Assembly (NCBI GenBank): GCA_951406725.2
Contig: OX597816.1
Span: forward strand, 152,334,001-152,398,000
From: Octopus vulgaris
Lineage: Eukaryota
Direction of reading: 5' to 3'
DNA length: 64,000 nucleotides
The notes beneath the pieces are model-generated. The model was not told the DNA's origin, searched no databases, and saw only the letters and a program-made list of their open reading frames with translations. Position numbers and translations under genes: made by a program. The stretch's first letter is position 1. Each line of letters begins with the position of its first letter. Positions 41,108 through 53,495 of the stretch are shown here, one piece after another.

Positions 41108-41179
41108 GGCATATGGCGTAGTGGTTAAGAGTGCGGGCTACTAACCCCAAGATTCTGTGTTTGATTCCAAGCAGTGACC
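41108..41179 (+). repeat. tRNA-derived Pol III promoter cassette inside the PLE terminal repeat
   Basis: A box TGGCGTAGTGG (41114-41124), anticodon-arm-like GGG-CTACTAA-CCC, B box GTTTGATTCC (GTTCGATTCC in the inverted copy near 39170). Confidence 0.7.
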
Positions 41180-41241
41180 TGAATAATAATAATATTGAAA
41201 AATACCTTAGGAATGAGAACTCAGGTTCAAAATTTCCCCAA

Positions 41242-41287
41242 GACACCTGATGAAGGCTGGAGGGTATATCAGCTGAAACATTGTGTC
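41242..41287 (+). ncRNA. Minimal type I hammerhead-ribozyme-like motif in the PLE terminal repeat (partly decayed)
   Basis: GACAC-CUGAUGA-A-GGCUG(loop)CAGCU-GAAACAUU-GUGUC: stem I GACAC/GUGUC, stem II GGCUG/CAGCU; second degenerate copy at ~39054-39097 on - strand. Confidence 0.7.
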
Positions 41288-44200
41288 AACAACAAACAAG
41301 ATGATGACAAATATCCGTCAAATGTAAATAATGTGCATAATTCTTCATCTCTTAAGTAAGGTTGATATAAATTCCTTCAAGTCAATTATGGCTGTCACTG
41401 ATTTACAGTTCTCTATTCTACTTTTAATGTCCTTTCAAATTTAACCATTGAAAATACCCCTATCCTATATGTAGTCTTTTGACTAGCTTTATTATATATG
41501 TGTGCGTGCGCATGCACAAACACGTGTGTGTGTGTGTGTGTGGAGAGAGAGAGAGAGGTGCAGATGTGGCTGTGTGGTTAAGGAGCTTGCTTTCCAACGA
41601 ATGGTCCAATCTCACTATGTGACACTTTGGGTGAGTGTATTCCACTAGAGCTCCTGGTCAACCAAAGCTTTGTGAATGGATATGGTAGACTCGTGTATGT
41701 GTGTGTGTTTGTATATATATATATGTGTATATATACACACACACACATACCCCCCACACACATTTTTGTGTGTGTGGGTGTGCATATCTTGTATATGTGT
41801 ATGAATGTGATGGTTGTAAATTAGCATCACCTTCATACCAATTATGTTGTTCAACTCTAGTGTTGTTCACACACAAGTGAACACAATTAAGAATCCCAAT
41901 AAGGAAGAAAATTAAGTTTGATGAGATGCAGTTGGGTTTTTTGCCCTCTTTCTAGTAAGACAACCACTGAATTATTTAGCTATCTGACTTGAAAACCTTT
42001 GACAGGGTCTCTTATTCAGTGATCTGATAGCCCCTGATGAAGATAGGAGTAAACAAATGGCTTGTGAGAGTCAGCCATACAATTTGTGTACTGGAGTTCT
42101 GTTAGTAAGGTGAGAATTAGCAATAAATTTAGGACTGCTGTTACCTTATCACACCCTTAACATTCTCTCTTGTCTGCTATCATTCTCATAACATCATGTC
42201 TTCTTTTGATGGCCTTCTCCAGCTTTGTCCCCACTCAATATAGTTGCCCTTTCATATTTCTGTCACTGTACATCTCTCTCTATCTCACTTGCTTATTATT
42301 TTTATATGTTTTGATCTATCTATAAATTTATATTGCTGCTCTCCTCCTTTCCTGTACTGATGCTTATCATCTCCTCCTTTTTGATCCACTCCTATTTCTT
42401 CCCTACTATGCTGATATTTGCCATCAACCAAACCTCCACTCTTGTTCCATTCATTACATTTGCCTCTGCTCCCATCTTTAACCATCTGTCACCCTTCTGT
42501 CATGTTCTAGTGAACTTACCCACTCTTCCTAATTCCTTGTATTCTCTTACACTCACCTCATGTCTTGAAAGTACACTCTAACAACTTGTCATCACCACCA
42601 TTATCTTCTTTCCAGCTGCTCCTACTCACCTTTGTATAATGTTGGCTAGCATGTATCTCCTCTATTGCAAAACACCTGTGCTTGTCCCTCTATCACATTT
42701 AAACTTCACAACACCAGGCGTAAACCTACCTCTCTCTCTGCTGTGACTCCACTAGTGCATGTGTCATGAAATATCTACAGCCTGTATGTTGTAGAAACCT
42801 TGCCAAATCATGTTGGAGCTTGATGCAGTTCTGTAGCTTGTTGAATCCTAACAAACTGTTCAATCCATTACTGTTTGGAAGACAAATGTTAAATGATGAT
42901 GATGACATACTCCAAAATTCTTTTGAAAGATTTGGCAAAATGAAAATAAGTTCTTTCAATTTAATTTTAAAATACTCTTTCAAATTCTCATTTAGCACCA
43001 GGTCAATCCTGATTGAATAGACCTAATAAATGCCTTTGTATGGATTATCATGGACCTAGACTTTAATTCCACAATATTGATTTAAAGGATTGTATGTATC
43101 ATATGACATTCTAGTGGGTCCTTCAATCAATGGTTGCTGTGCTTGCCATGTATAGACTATGAGTGAGTGTCTTTAATTCATGAACTAGTTTATTATGTCT
43201 ATTATGTCACAAGATTGGACAAAATGAAGTTATTTTCTAAAATACTCTCTTGAAAATGTTCTGATTGGGCACTTCTCTCATTAAAGGTGTTTTAGCCATG
43301 ACCATACTGCCTTCCTTTGAAGCCTGATGGATCAGTAACTAGTGTTACCTAGCTTGTGTGTATTTTTTTTTCTTAAGATGGAGTGATTTGAAGGTTTGGC
43401 TGGTATTTCTGGTAGCTCAGAAAAGTACATAGAGGCTCCTTCATTTGTTTACTTGGAAAATGTTTTTTGTGTTACAAATGAACCAAAACAAGTTGTAAAT
43501 TTGTGTTTATTCACTTCTCACATATGCATTCAGAAAACGTTTTCATCTGATTTATAACAAATGAAAGAGAAAATGGAATTCACAAAATTCTTTATTAATC
43601 ACAATGATTGTCTTGACACTTCTCGCATTAGTCCCTCACAAGTGAGATTCTGGACAACTGGTTGTGGTGTATTCTTCTATGCAAATGTCTCATTGGTTGA
43701 TTTTTTTTTCTTTTACTAAGTACCTTAATAAACTCAGTTTAGCTTGGTTCGATTATAATGCGCCATTATTTGCCTGTAGCTTGTTGCATACAGGTTTCAT
43801 GGTTTGGAATGACACAGAATGGATTGTTTATTTTTTAATGCATGTGTGTGTGTATATTTATATACATACATATGAGTGTGTGGTAAGAGGTTTGCTTCCC
43901 AACTATATGGTTTTGGGTTCAGAAAATCTGGGCTGGATATGGCTGGTTTAAAATTTAAAGGGTTAATATGCCAAAGAAAAGCAAGAAATGGCCTACAAAT
44001 TTGCCTGTTTCATGTTCAATTGAGTATGATGTACTATTAAAAATGCATACCAAAAGTTTTATATTTTTTCCAGTTCATTAGTGTGTGTGTGTGTGTGTGA
44101 TCAATGCCTTTCATCAGACATCTACAACCTGGTATCACATACTCTATTTTGCTGTAGGTGTACAATGGAAAATTTTATATGTAATAGTATAGGTTGATAA

Positions 44201-44370
44201 TCTGTTATCTGAAATGCTTGGGCTCTGAAAGTATTTTGGAATGATTTGCATCTATAAATTGGGATGAGCTAAATGTTATCTATTTAACATTTCCTATTGC
44301 AACTTATATACCATGGAGGTATTCTTTTAGAAATTTCATAAACTGTACAGAATGTATAAGAATTTTCAAT

Positions 44371-44426
<56 letters not shown>

Positions 44427-44428
44427 TA

Positions 44429-44483
<55 letters not shown>
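44371..44483. repeat. Compound (TG)n(TA)n(CA)n microsatellite
   Basis: Direct reading. Confidence 0.95.
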
Positions 44484-44484
<1 letters not shown>

Positions 44485-44497
44485 AACACACCTTGAA

Positions 44498-44726
44498 TTA
44501 ACCCTTTAGCATTTAAACCGGCCATATCCGGCCAAAAGTATTCTGCCTGTTTTATGTTCAAACTGGCCAGATCTGATCTCTCACACCAACCCTACAATAT
44601 CATCTTAAAAATTAACAGCTACCTCATCAAAATCTCATAGCTACAAGATAATGCATGATTAGTTCAAAACAATGTGGATAAAGAAGCATTAATTTTGGCA
44701 GAATAATGTGAACACTAAAGGGTTAA
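44498..44726. mobile_element. TTAA-flanked MITE, copy 3 (opposite orientation)
   Basis: TTAACCCTTTAG...CTAAAGGGTTAA; reverse complement of copy 1. Confidence 0.8.
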
Positions 44727-45916
44727 TGATGCTAGTCATTGTTATATTGATATGGATTTATGTGGAATGGAAATTCAGATTTAGCATAAAGTTTTTTGAT
44801 ACTATACTTGTACCAAAACCATGAAATTTTCACTGCTTACGAAACATAATTGTAGCACTAAACACTAAAATTACATTAAGTACAGCAACTTAAAATGCAT
44901 GTTGTTTTGATTAAAAAACTACAATATATATTTTTATACATTGTGAAATATTACTGCAAAACTCCCTATTTTGTATATGATACAATAATTGCATTACTAA
45001 TAGTTAAAATGCATTCTCAGTTAGCATGCCACATACACATCTGGCTGTAAAAAAATAATTGAAAAATAAAAAAAAACCAAAAAATCACTCTACCACTGAT
45101 GGAACCTTCCAGATGCTTTCAGGAATTCTCCATTCATGTTGCTTCTCTCATGCTGAAAACTCTTTGAATTTTGGAGATTTGCAAAGAAGAGAGGAGACTG
45201 TGCTGGTATGGCCATATATAATGCATATGAATGAATACAATTGAATCAAGAGGTGCTGATCTCTAATCATAGAGAGGGAGCATGTGGAAGGGGTAGACCC
45301 AGGAAGATGGATGAACTGGTGAGAAAAGATCTATGGACATTGGGGCTCACAAAGAGGATGACAAGAGACTAGGCTGATGGCTGTGCTAAGTAAAAGCATG
45401 GTTGTCCTGTGTCTCTCTCCAGCTGAGCATTCCTAATCTTGCAAGCTCATGGGTGCTGGTGCCATGTAAAAATCACCAGTACTGGTGCTGTATAAAAGCA
45501 ACTTGTACACTGTAAAGTGGTTGGTGTTAGGAAAGGCATCCAGCCATAGAAACCATTCCAAAACAGACATGGAGCATGGATAGCTCTTCAGCTGGCTAAC
45601 TCTTGTCAAACTGTCCAATTCATGCCAGCATGGAAAATGGATGTGAAATTATGATGATGTCAACCTGTATTAAAATACAATATAAAGCGGGTGTGAATAT
45701 GTGTGTGTGTGTGCGAAATGACATTTATTTTTATTCTATGATGCATTTGTTTCTATTCATGGATAATTTTGTTGACAGATGGATTTTACAGTTGGTATTG
45801 GTACCTACTTTTAGCTGTCACCATGTTTGTGGAACAAATCTATCAACTTGTTTGTCAGCTGCCTTTTTAAACTGAATCTATTGCAATGATGTTGATTGTG
45901 ATGTTTATCATTTCAG

Positions 45917-46066
45917 CTTCTAAAATGTGTTCTTGACACAAACAAACGTGTTCAGGAAGCTGCTTGTTCAGCCTTTGCTACCCTTGAAGAAGAGGCTTGT
46001 ACTGAACTTGTTCCTTACTTGGGGTACATTTTGGAAACCCTTGTATTTGCTTTCAATAAATATCAA
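45917..46066 (+). CDS. TNPO1: Transportin coding exon 11 ([27 protein letters not shown]...FNKYQ)
   Basis: 150 nt, tttcag/gtaagt. Confidence 0.95.
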
Positions 46067-46396
46067 GTAAGTTCCAGACGTTCTTCACTCAACTGAGAAT
46101 TGATTTCATTTCTTCACTTAACTTTTATTATATAAATTTGAATTTAGATCTGTTTCTCAAGGTGCAGTGTGGGCTACTAAAGAATGGGCTATAAGTAACA
46201 ATTGATTAAAACTTGCAATAAAATTTTAATTAAAATCTTCTTTTGAAAATATAAATAAATAAATAATATCTACAGACTTCATTCAAGGTGGCTAGGGATA
46301 CATTTATGTGGGGTAAAAAGAATTGAGAAACACTGATTTAGATGAAATTGGACATACAGAAACTGCACTTCTTTTATTTTTCTTTTTATATTTTAG

Positions 46397-46510
<114 letters not shown>

Positions 46511-46572
46511 TAATTTAAAAGTACTACAGAATATTCTAATACTGTCATCAATATATTTTTTTTCTTTTATAG

Positions 46573-46659
46573 GAATATGTGAATTTGTTGATGCCTCCTT
46601 TGATCCAAAAATGGAATGTACTGAAAGATGAAGACAAAGATCTTTTCCCCCTTCTTGAA
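46573..46659 (+). CDS. TNPO1: Transportin coding exon 13 ([29 protein letters not shown])
   Basis: 87 nt, tag/gtaata. Confidence 0.95.
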
Positions 46660-47481
46660 GTAATATTTTTCTTCCTTGTTTGTTTCTGAATAAGCATCAG
46701 TTACATTATCCAAATATTTTAATTCTAGTCATTTACATCTTAAGTATTCAATATGGTCATAATAGTATGTTGAAGGATTAACAGATTATCATTAAATATG
46801 AAAAATAGTTGCATTTGTATTTGTTGCATACCTTAGCATGTGTTTAGCAATCACTTACAATTGTGTGTATGTGGCACTTTGGTTGAGTGTCTTCTACTAT
46901 AGTCCTGGGCTGAATAAAGTCTTGTGAGTGGATTTGGTTGATGAAATCTGAAAGAAGCTTGTGTGTATGTTACTATCTTCTTGTCTTGACTGTATGTGAT
47001 AGTTGTAATTTACTCTTACTATCACTCAAACATGGAAAAGTGGACATTAAAATGATGTGGCTGCGAGGTTGAGAAGTTTGCCTCCCAATCATGTGATTTC
47101 TTTTTTGGTCCCAGTGTGGCACCTTAGACAAGTGTCTTTTGTAGCCCCTGGCCAACCTAAGCCTTGTGAGATTTGGTTGACAGAAAGTGAAGACAGTTGT
47201 GTATTTTTGTGTGTGCATTTGCATGTACATGTCTGTGTGTGTGTTTGCATTTATGATTGCTTGTATGAAAGTGCAGTAGGTAGTGGTGTTGTCAGTTTCT
47301 TCTAATAACAAATCATTGACAAAAATCTCTTATTCCACATGGCTGGCCTTTGAAGGCACGTGTGGAATAAGAGATCCCTTGAAAAATAGTTTTTAGGAAG
47401 GAAAACATCTGGCTCTAAAACAGTGCTGCAGATAACATATTCATACCCATCCATAAATGCATGCGTGTGGCTACATAAAAC

Positions 47482-48030
47482 ATTTAACATTCATTTTCCT
47501 TGCTGGCATGGGTTGGACGGTTTGACTGAAAGCTGGGGAGCTGCACCAGGTTTCTATCTGATTTGGCATGGCTTCTATAGCTGGCTGCCCTTCCTAATGC
47601 TAACCACTCCAAGAGTGTAGTGGGTGCTCTTTGTGTGACACTGGCATGGATGCCAGTTACAAAACACTGGCATTGGCCACAACTATGATCTCACTTGGCT
47701 TGACAGGGCTTCTCCAAGCATGGTATATTACCAAAGGTCACAGTCACTTGTCACTGCCTCCGTGAGGTCCAAAGTTTGAAGAGTGCTTTTTACATGCCAC
47801 CAGCACAGGTGCCAGGTATGCGACACTGGCATTGGTCACGACTACAATTTCACTTGGTTTGATGGGTCTTCACAATCACAGCATATTGCCTAATGTTGAA
47901 GGGTGCTTTTTACGTGCCACTGGCATCAGCCATGACTGTGATTTCACTTGGCTTGATAGGTCTTCTCAAGTACGGCATATTGTCAAAGGTCTCAAACACT
48001 TGCCTCCATGTTTGAAGATCATGCTTCATC
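47482..48030 (-). mobile_element. (GAT)n-tailed SINE family copy with internal repeats
   Basis: Same core; related copies at 49255-49510 (+), 52025-52540 (-), 45420-45660 (+), 13530-13766 (+). Confidence 0.75.
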
Positions 48031-48221
48031 AACTTGGGATTCAGCAATTTATAATTTATAGGTAAAATGTTTGAAAGTTTTTTCAACTGTTCTTAAGAAT
48101 ATATATTCATGAAATTTCTTCATAAAATTTAATTTTCTTTTAATATCAGTCTTCCATGGTGGCTTGGAAAAAACATAAGCACACACCAACTTTATTGTAT
48201 CTGATGTTTCTCTCTTTTCAG

Positions 48222-48329
48222 TGTTTGTCAAGTGTTGCAACAGCTTTACAATCTGGATTTCTTCCCTATTGTGAACCAGTCTATAAGCGATGCGTTTCAC
48301 TTGTAGAGCAGACTCTCAACCAAAACTTT
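48222..48329 (+). CDS. TNPO1: Transportin coding exon 14 ([36 protein letters not shown])
   Basis: 108 nt, tttcag/gtaagt. Confidence 0.95.
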
Positions 48330-48804
48330 GTAAGTAAGCTTATATAGTATTAAAGCTTTAGATTATAAATGAACCATAAATATGTTATTGTTTTCTAGTG
48401 GAATGCATATTTGAGGAATTGTTAAGGAGAAAATTAATTTTCTACACACATGTTCACACAAATTTATCAGAGCTGGTTAATAGAAGTTCTGTTCTTCAAA
48501 TGTAAACTATTTCTAGCTTTGAAATATTCTACAACTTGATAAGTCATAGTAAAAGGAAAACATATTTGAATGTTTATTGTCTTATAAAAATCTTTTTAAA
48601 ATTATATATTCAAAATGGAGAATTTATTTAAATTCTGTTATTGCTTTTCTGAGTTATGTCTAAATACTTTTAATTTGAGGTCCTCATAAATAATTTGCTA
48701 CAAAGATGCTATGACCTGATAAAATTTGTAATATTAGGTAGATGTAAAAAGTTTTTAGTATATCCTGTTTTCTTCCTAGTCAATTCATTAATTGTTTATT
48801 TCAG

Positions 48805-48963
48805 GCCAACTTGACACATCCTGAGCAGTATGACCCACCAGACAAGGACTTTATGATAGTTGCCTTGGATCTTTTAAGTGGCCTTGCTGAAGGACTTGAA
48901 CATCACATAGAAGGTCTTGTTGCTAATAGTAACATCCTTAAATTGCTCTTTCAGTGTATGCAG
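48805..48963 (+). CDS. TNPO1: Transportin coding exon 15 ([30 protein letters not shown]...FQCMQ)
   Basis: 159 nt, tttcag/gtgaga. Confidence 0.95.
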
Positions 48964-50358
48964 GTGAGATATACAATACTTAATCTTATTTCACTTGTTT
49001 TCTTTAACATTTCCTGTTTCTAAATTCTGAAAATATATATTGAGGTTGACTTGTTTAGTTTTGAGCTTGATTGGTTGTGATGTACCACTGTATTTCACTT
49101 GTGTTGTACTTCTTTGGGACTTCTTTCATTTTTACATGAAGAGAATCTTAACTGCTGGCATGGGATCAAAGGGTGTCAATGTGTGTCCTACTCAGCAGTT
49201 CATCGTTTGGAAAACATATCGTAGAAAAACAAAACCTGGTATCTTTGTGTATTTGGCATTATGCAGTGCTTTAGAAAACCCATCAAGCCAAGTAAGATTC
49301 CAGTCATGGCAGATACTGGTGTCACACAAATAGCACCCATGCTGGTGGCATGTAAAAGCACCCGTTACACACTGAGTGGTTGGTGGTAGGAAGGGCATTC
49401 AGCTGTAGAAATTATGCCAGATCAGACTGGAGTCTAGTGCAGCTTTCTAGCTTGCCAGCCCTGATCAAACCATCCTGCCCATGCCAAATGGATGATAAAT
49501 AATGATGATCATGCTGTTCCTTTCATTTTGTTGTACGGATATTAATGCTTATAGATGAGGAAATATTAAAGCTAGTTCTTTGAAATTATCCTGTATTTGT
49601 TACTCCTGAGTTGCACAAAGAATCTATGTCACTAATATTGTTAGAAATACAATGAATTTAGTGAGGTTATATCATTTGAAACTTGTAAACAACAATGCTG
49701 TTTTTAATCAAATACAACATCAAATAAAAATAGCACTGGTTGGCATTAGGAAGGGCATCTAGCCATAGAAATCATGCTGAAGCAGACAGTTGAACCTGGT
49801 GCAATTCTCTGGTTTGCTCTTGTCAAAACGTCCAACTCATGCTAGTATGGAAAGTGGATATTAAATGATGATATCAGTAATACTATCTAAGTCATTTTTG
49901 ACAGCATTAAAATATTTTTAAGACCATGAAAGAAAGCATTCAAATTTGTCAGTTGAACTTGGTGTTGATTGATAACAGTGAAACTATATATACTAAAAGT
50001 ACATGCCAAAAAATACTGGTAAAAATTGTAAAATTTTATTAATTGGTTAATTAATATAAAATTTCTTTAAATCAAATATATAAATCAATGAGATTTTATT
50101 TTCGGGAAGTTTATAACTATAAAATATCTTATGATATTCAGCATGCAATTTATTTTTATATGACCTCAGTATCACAGTACTTCGATATTTTCTCACATTT
50201 TGTAGTTAGTTTTAGGATTTAACAGACAAATAGAATTTGGGCATGTTTTGATTCTTGGTAGTTTCAACCTAATTTTGTACATTTCGAATACTAATGGCAA
50301 TTTTGATATAGTTTGCAAATTGAAACAAACTTTTTGATGTTTTTTCTCTTTTCTTTAG

Positions 50359-50446
50359 GACCCAATGCCTGAAGTTAGACAAAGTTCTTTCGCTTTGCTA
50401 GGAGACCTGACTAAAGCTTGCTTCCAACATGTAAAGCCATGTATAG
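50359..50446 (+). CDS. TNPO1: Transportin coding exon 16 ([29 protein letters not shown])
   Basis: 88 nt, tag/gtaagt. Confidence 0.95.
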
Positions 50447-50673
50447 GTAAGTACTTAATCACTGTATTTATATTTTTAATATAAACCAGTTTACATTTAT
50501 TTACACTCATAGTTGAAATAAAATTCATAATTTAGCAGTAAGCTGGAGAGAAGAATGACTTGTGAACTTCAACATGGAGTATGATAGTTTATATTTAATG
50601 TACTAAATGAAAGTTACAAGAAGAATCTTTTAAATTAACCTTTTTAATAAATTAAATCTGTTTCAATATTTAG

Positions 50674-50772
50674 GTGAATTTATGCCAATACTTGGTGCTA
50701 ATTTGAATCCAGAATACATATCAGTGTGTAATAATGCAACATGGGCTATTGGTGAAATTTCCATCAAAATGG
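50674..50772 (+). CDS. TNPO1: Transportin coding exon 17 ([32 protein letters not shown])
   Basis: 99 nt, tag/gtaatt. Confidence 0.95.
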
Positions 50773-51120
50773 GTAATTATGTTTTATTTTTTTACTAGCT
50801 CAGTAGTAATTTGCTACTGATAAATAACAAGTTCTTATAAATTATAGTAACTGGTAACTGACATTTAGTTTTCAAAATTACTAAATATATACCTGAATTT
50901 GACAAATGTTCAAGTATTTAATGTTTTATGATTTCTAGTATTTAAATACTATATCACTATCTGAAATGAAAATCTGACTATTTTAGTTGAGTAGTTTAGT
51001 CAGCTGTTTTAAACAATTTCAAAGTAATTGTTGCTTTTGGATTGGAAATTAGTCTTATAAATTGAACATAATATGAGTTTTGGTTGTATTAAAATAGAAT
51101 TTTTTATACGTATCAATCAG

Positions 51121-51216
51121 GTCATGAAATACAGCCATATATAAATTTAGTTGTCACACCTCTCATTGAAATAATCAATCGACCTAACACCCCAAAGACT
51201 CTGCTGGAGAACACAG
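51121..51216 (+). CDS. TNPO1: Transportin coding exon 18 ([31 protein letters not shown])
   Basis: 96 nt, cag/gtcagt. Confidence 0.95.
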
Positions 51217-52539
51217 GTCAGTAAAGTTGTATTTGTTATAAATGCTAATAATTAATGTATGTCTATTTGATTGATGAAATAACTATAAGAATGTGTAAGC
51301 ATAATTCCCTGTTCTTGTAGATTATTCCAAGTATTACTATGGAAGATTTTCATTTATTACTCCTCCCCTTTTGTCACAGATTAAAAAGAAAATTGAGCCA
51401 GTTAGTATAACTTGTCAAAGACTTCTGATAATTTTAATCTTTGATAAAGTGCCCATTCTATTATGAAATTTTGTGGCATGTTTCCCTCTCAAGTGAACAC
51501 TCCTGTAAGTATATGATGTTCCTCCATGGTTTATTTGTTTTACCATAATGTTAAAAAATACATTATGCGTTTTCTTGTGTAATCAGTTTTGTTGAGGGAA
51601 ACAAAAATGTTTTCACTTTGTATTTAGTTTGTTTAAATAACTTAATCTTCATTAAATGAGAAATTTACTTCACTGAAACAAACTATCCAAATCTGTTATT
51701 CTTATTTGATAGTCACCTCTACACCAATTAAGAAAATGTAAATGTGTATGTTGCTAGGAAATAATCTCAGGTCATTGGTAAGTAGGGCTGATTTGAAGCA
51801 AATTGAATACCTAGCCTCCTATAGAGGTATTCCCCAGCAATGTCTTTTTTATGCAGTGTTAGTTTTCCACTACTGTTAGTCGGTTTTCTGCTGCTAGCAC
51901 AAGCTAGGTATTTTATTAAAATTTGATAAGTTTATTTTCTTATATCAACAGTATAAAAGTTTTCTGAGTTTGATTTGTTTGCTTGTCTTGGGAGTAATAT
52001 TCCAATTCTGATAAGAAAAGTATACATCATCATCATCATTTAACGTCTGCTTTCCATGCTGACATGGGTTTGATGGTTTGATTGGAATTGGTAGGCCAGA
52101 GGGCTGCCCCAGGTTCCTGTCTGATTTAGCTTGGTTTATATGGCTGGATGTCCTTCCTAATGCCAACCACTCCAAGAGTGCAATGAGTGCTTTTAATGTG
52201 ACACTTGTACAGGTGCCATTTACATGACGTCAGCAATGGCCATGACTACAATTTCACAGGTACCACTTACATGACACTGGCATTGGCCACAACTACAATT
52301 TCACTTGGCTTGATGAGTCTTCTCAAGCACAGCATATTTCAAAAGGTTTCGGTCACTTGTAATTGTCTCTACAAAGCCGGACATTTGAAGATCACACTTC
52401 TGGCAGTGGCCATGATTATGATTTCACAGATGCCATTTGCATGGTCACGACTACGATTTCACGTGGCTTCAGTCTTCTGAAGCACAGCATATTGCCAAAG
52501 GTCTTGATCATTTGTCTTCCAACATTTGAAGATTATGCT

Positions 52540-53495
52540 TCACCACCTCGTCCTATGTCTTCGTGGGTCTACTTCTACCACAATTCTACCTCTACTACAG
52601 GTTCCCTCCACAGAGATTGGCACTTCTTTGCACAGCTGTCCTTGTCCATATGCATCACATGATCATACTGGTGCATTCATCTCTTGCACACCACATTTGA
52701 TTCCTCTTAATCTCAGATTTTCTTTCAAGATAGTTATGCTCTGTCATATGTGCACACTGACATTGCACATTCAGTGAAGCGTACTGGCATCATTTCTTTC
52801 AAACTTTTGCATGTTCTCTGTGGTCACAGCCCATGTTTCACTGCTATGGAGCACAGCTGTTTAAACACAAGCATCATACAGTTTGCCTTTCATTCTGAGG
52901 AAGAGGCCTTGTGTTCCCAACAGTGGTCGAAGTCCTCTGAACTTTGCCCAGCCTATCTACCTCTGCTACTGACTTGGTTACCTATCAACTACTAGTTTTA
53001 TCCCTTGGCATTTGATGGAGTCCATTTTCTGTACATTTGCAGTGTTTATTGTATCTGTACATCTGCAACACTCAAAGATTTTTTTTTCCCCTCAGTTAAC
53101 CTTCCCCTGATATCACTGCACCTCTTATGTGTCTATAGCTTGCACTGGGTACATCTTATGGAATTTCTACCTATGCCTTTTCTACAGATCAAGCAGCGCC
53201 ATCTACCTGAAGGGATTTGTGATTTGTCCACTTTCCCCACTTACTAAGACTTTGGTTTTTGCTATACTAACTCTAAGGTCCTTTGATTCTAGACCTTGCT
53301 TCCACACCTGAAATTTCTTTAGTTCTGGAAGTGATTTAGCTTGGAGAACAAGGTCATCAACATAGAGGAGCTCCCCGGGGTAGCTTGTCTTAAATTCTTC
53401 TGTTATTGCTTGGAGGACTATGATGAACAAGAGGGGGCTGAGGACTGATCCTTGGTGAACCCCTATTTGTACCCTGAATTTGTCACTGTACTCAT
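52540..53495 (-). mobile_element. RTE-like LINE 3' fragment
   Basis: VHQGSVLSPLLFIIVLQAITEEFK...ELLYVDDLVL on - strand; similar to 24880-25990. Confidence 0.8.

Larger units (their letters stand above)
39014..41360 (+). mobile_element. Penelope-like retroelement (RT + GIY-YIG endonuclease), 5'-truncated and disrupted, with an inverted copy of its 3' end at the left
   Basis: GLPKIHKDGIPLRPIVS, MGLPLSP, LRYVDDTF, SVYRK-T-T-RYLNFNSHHP, YSIPCSCSRLYKGET in ORFs 39531-40939; 39014-39554 is the reverse complement of 40822-41334. Confidence 0.92.

Noticed and set aside
41108-41179. Functional tRNA gene
   Set aside because: No proper acceptor stem or Pol III terminator; embedded in a retroelement repeat.
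42034-42040. CTGATGA hammerhead core
   Set aside because: No stem II-GAAA or stem I pairing follows; other isolated CTGATGA hits (e.g. in exon 9) fail likewise.
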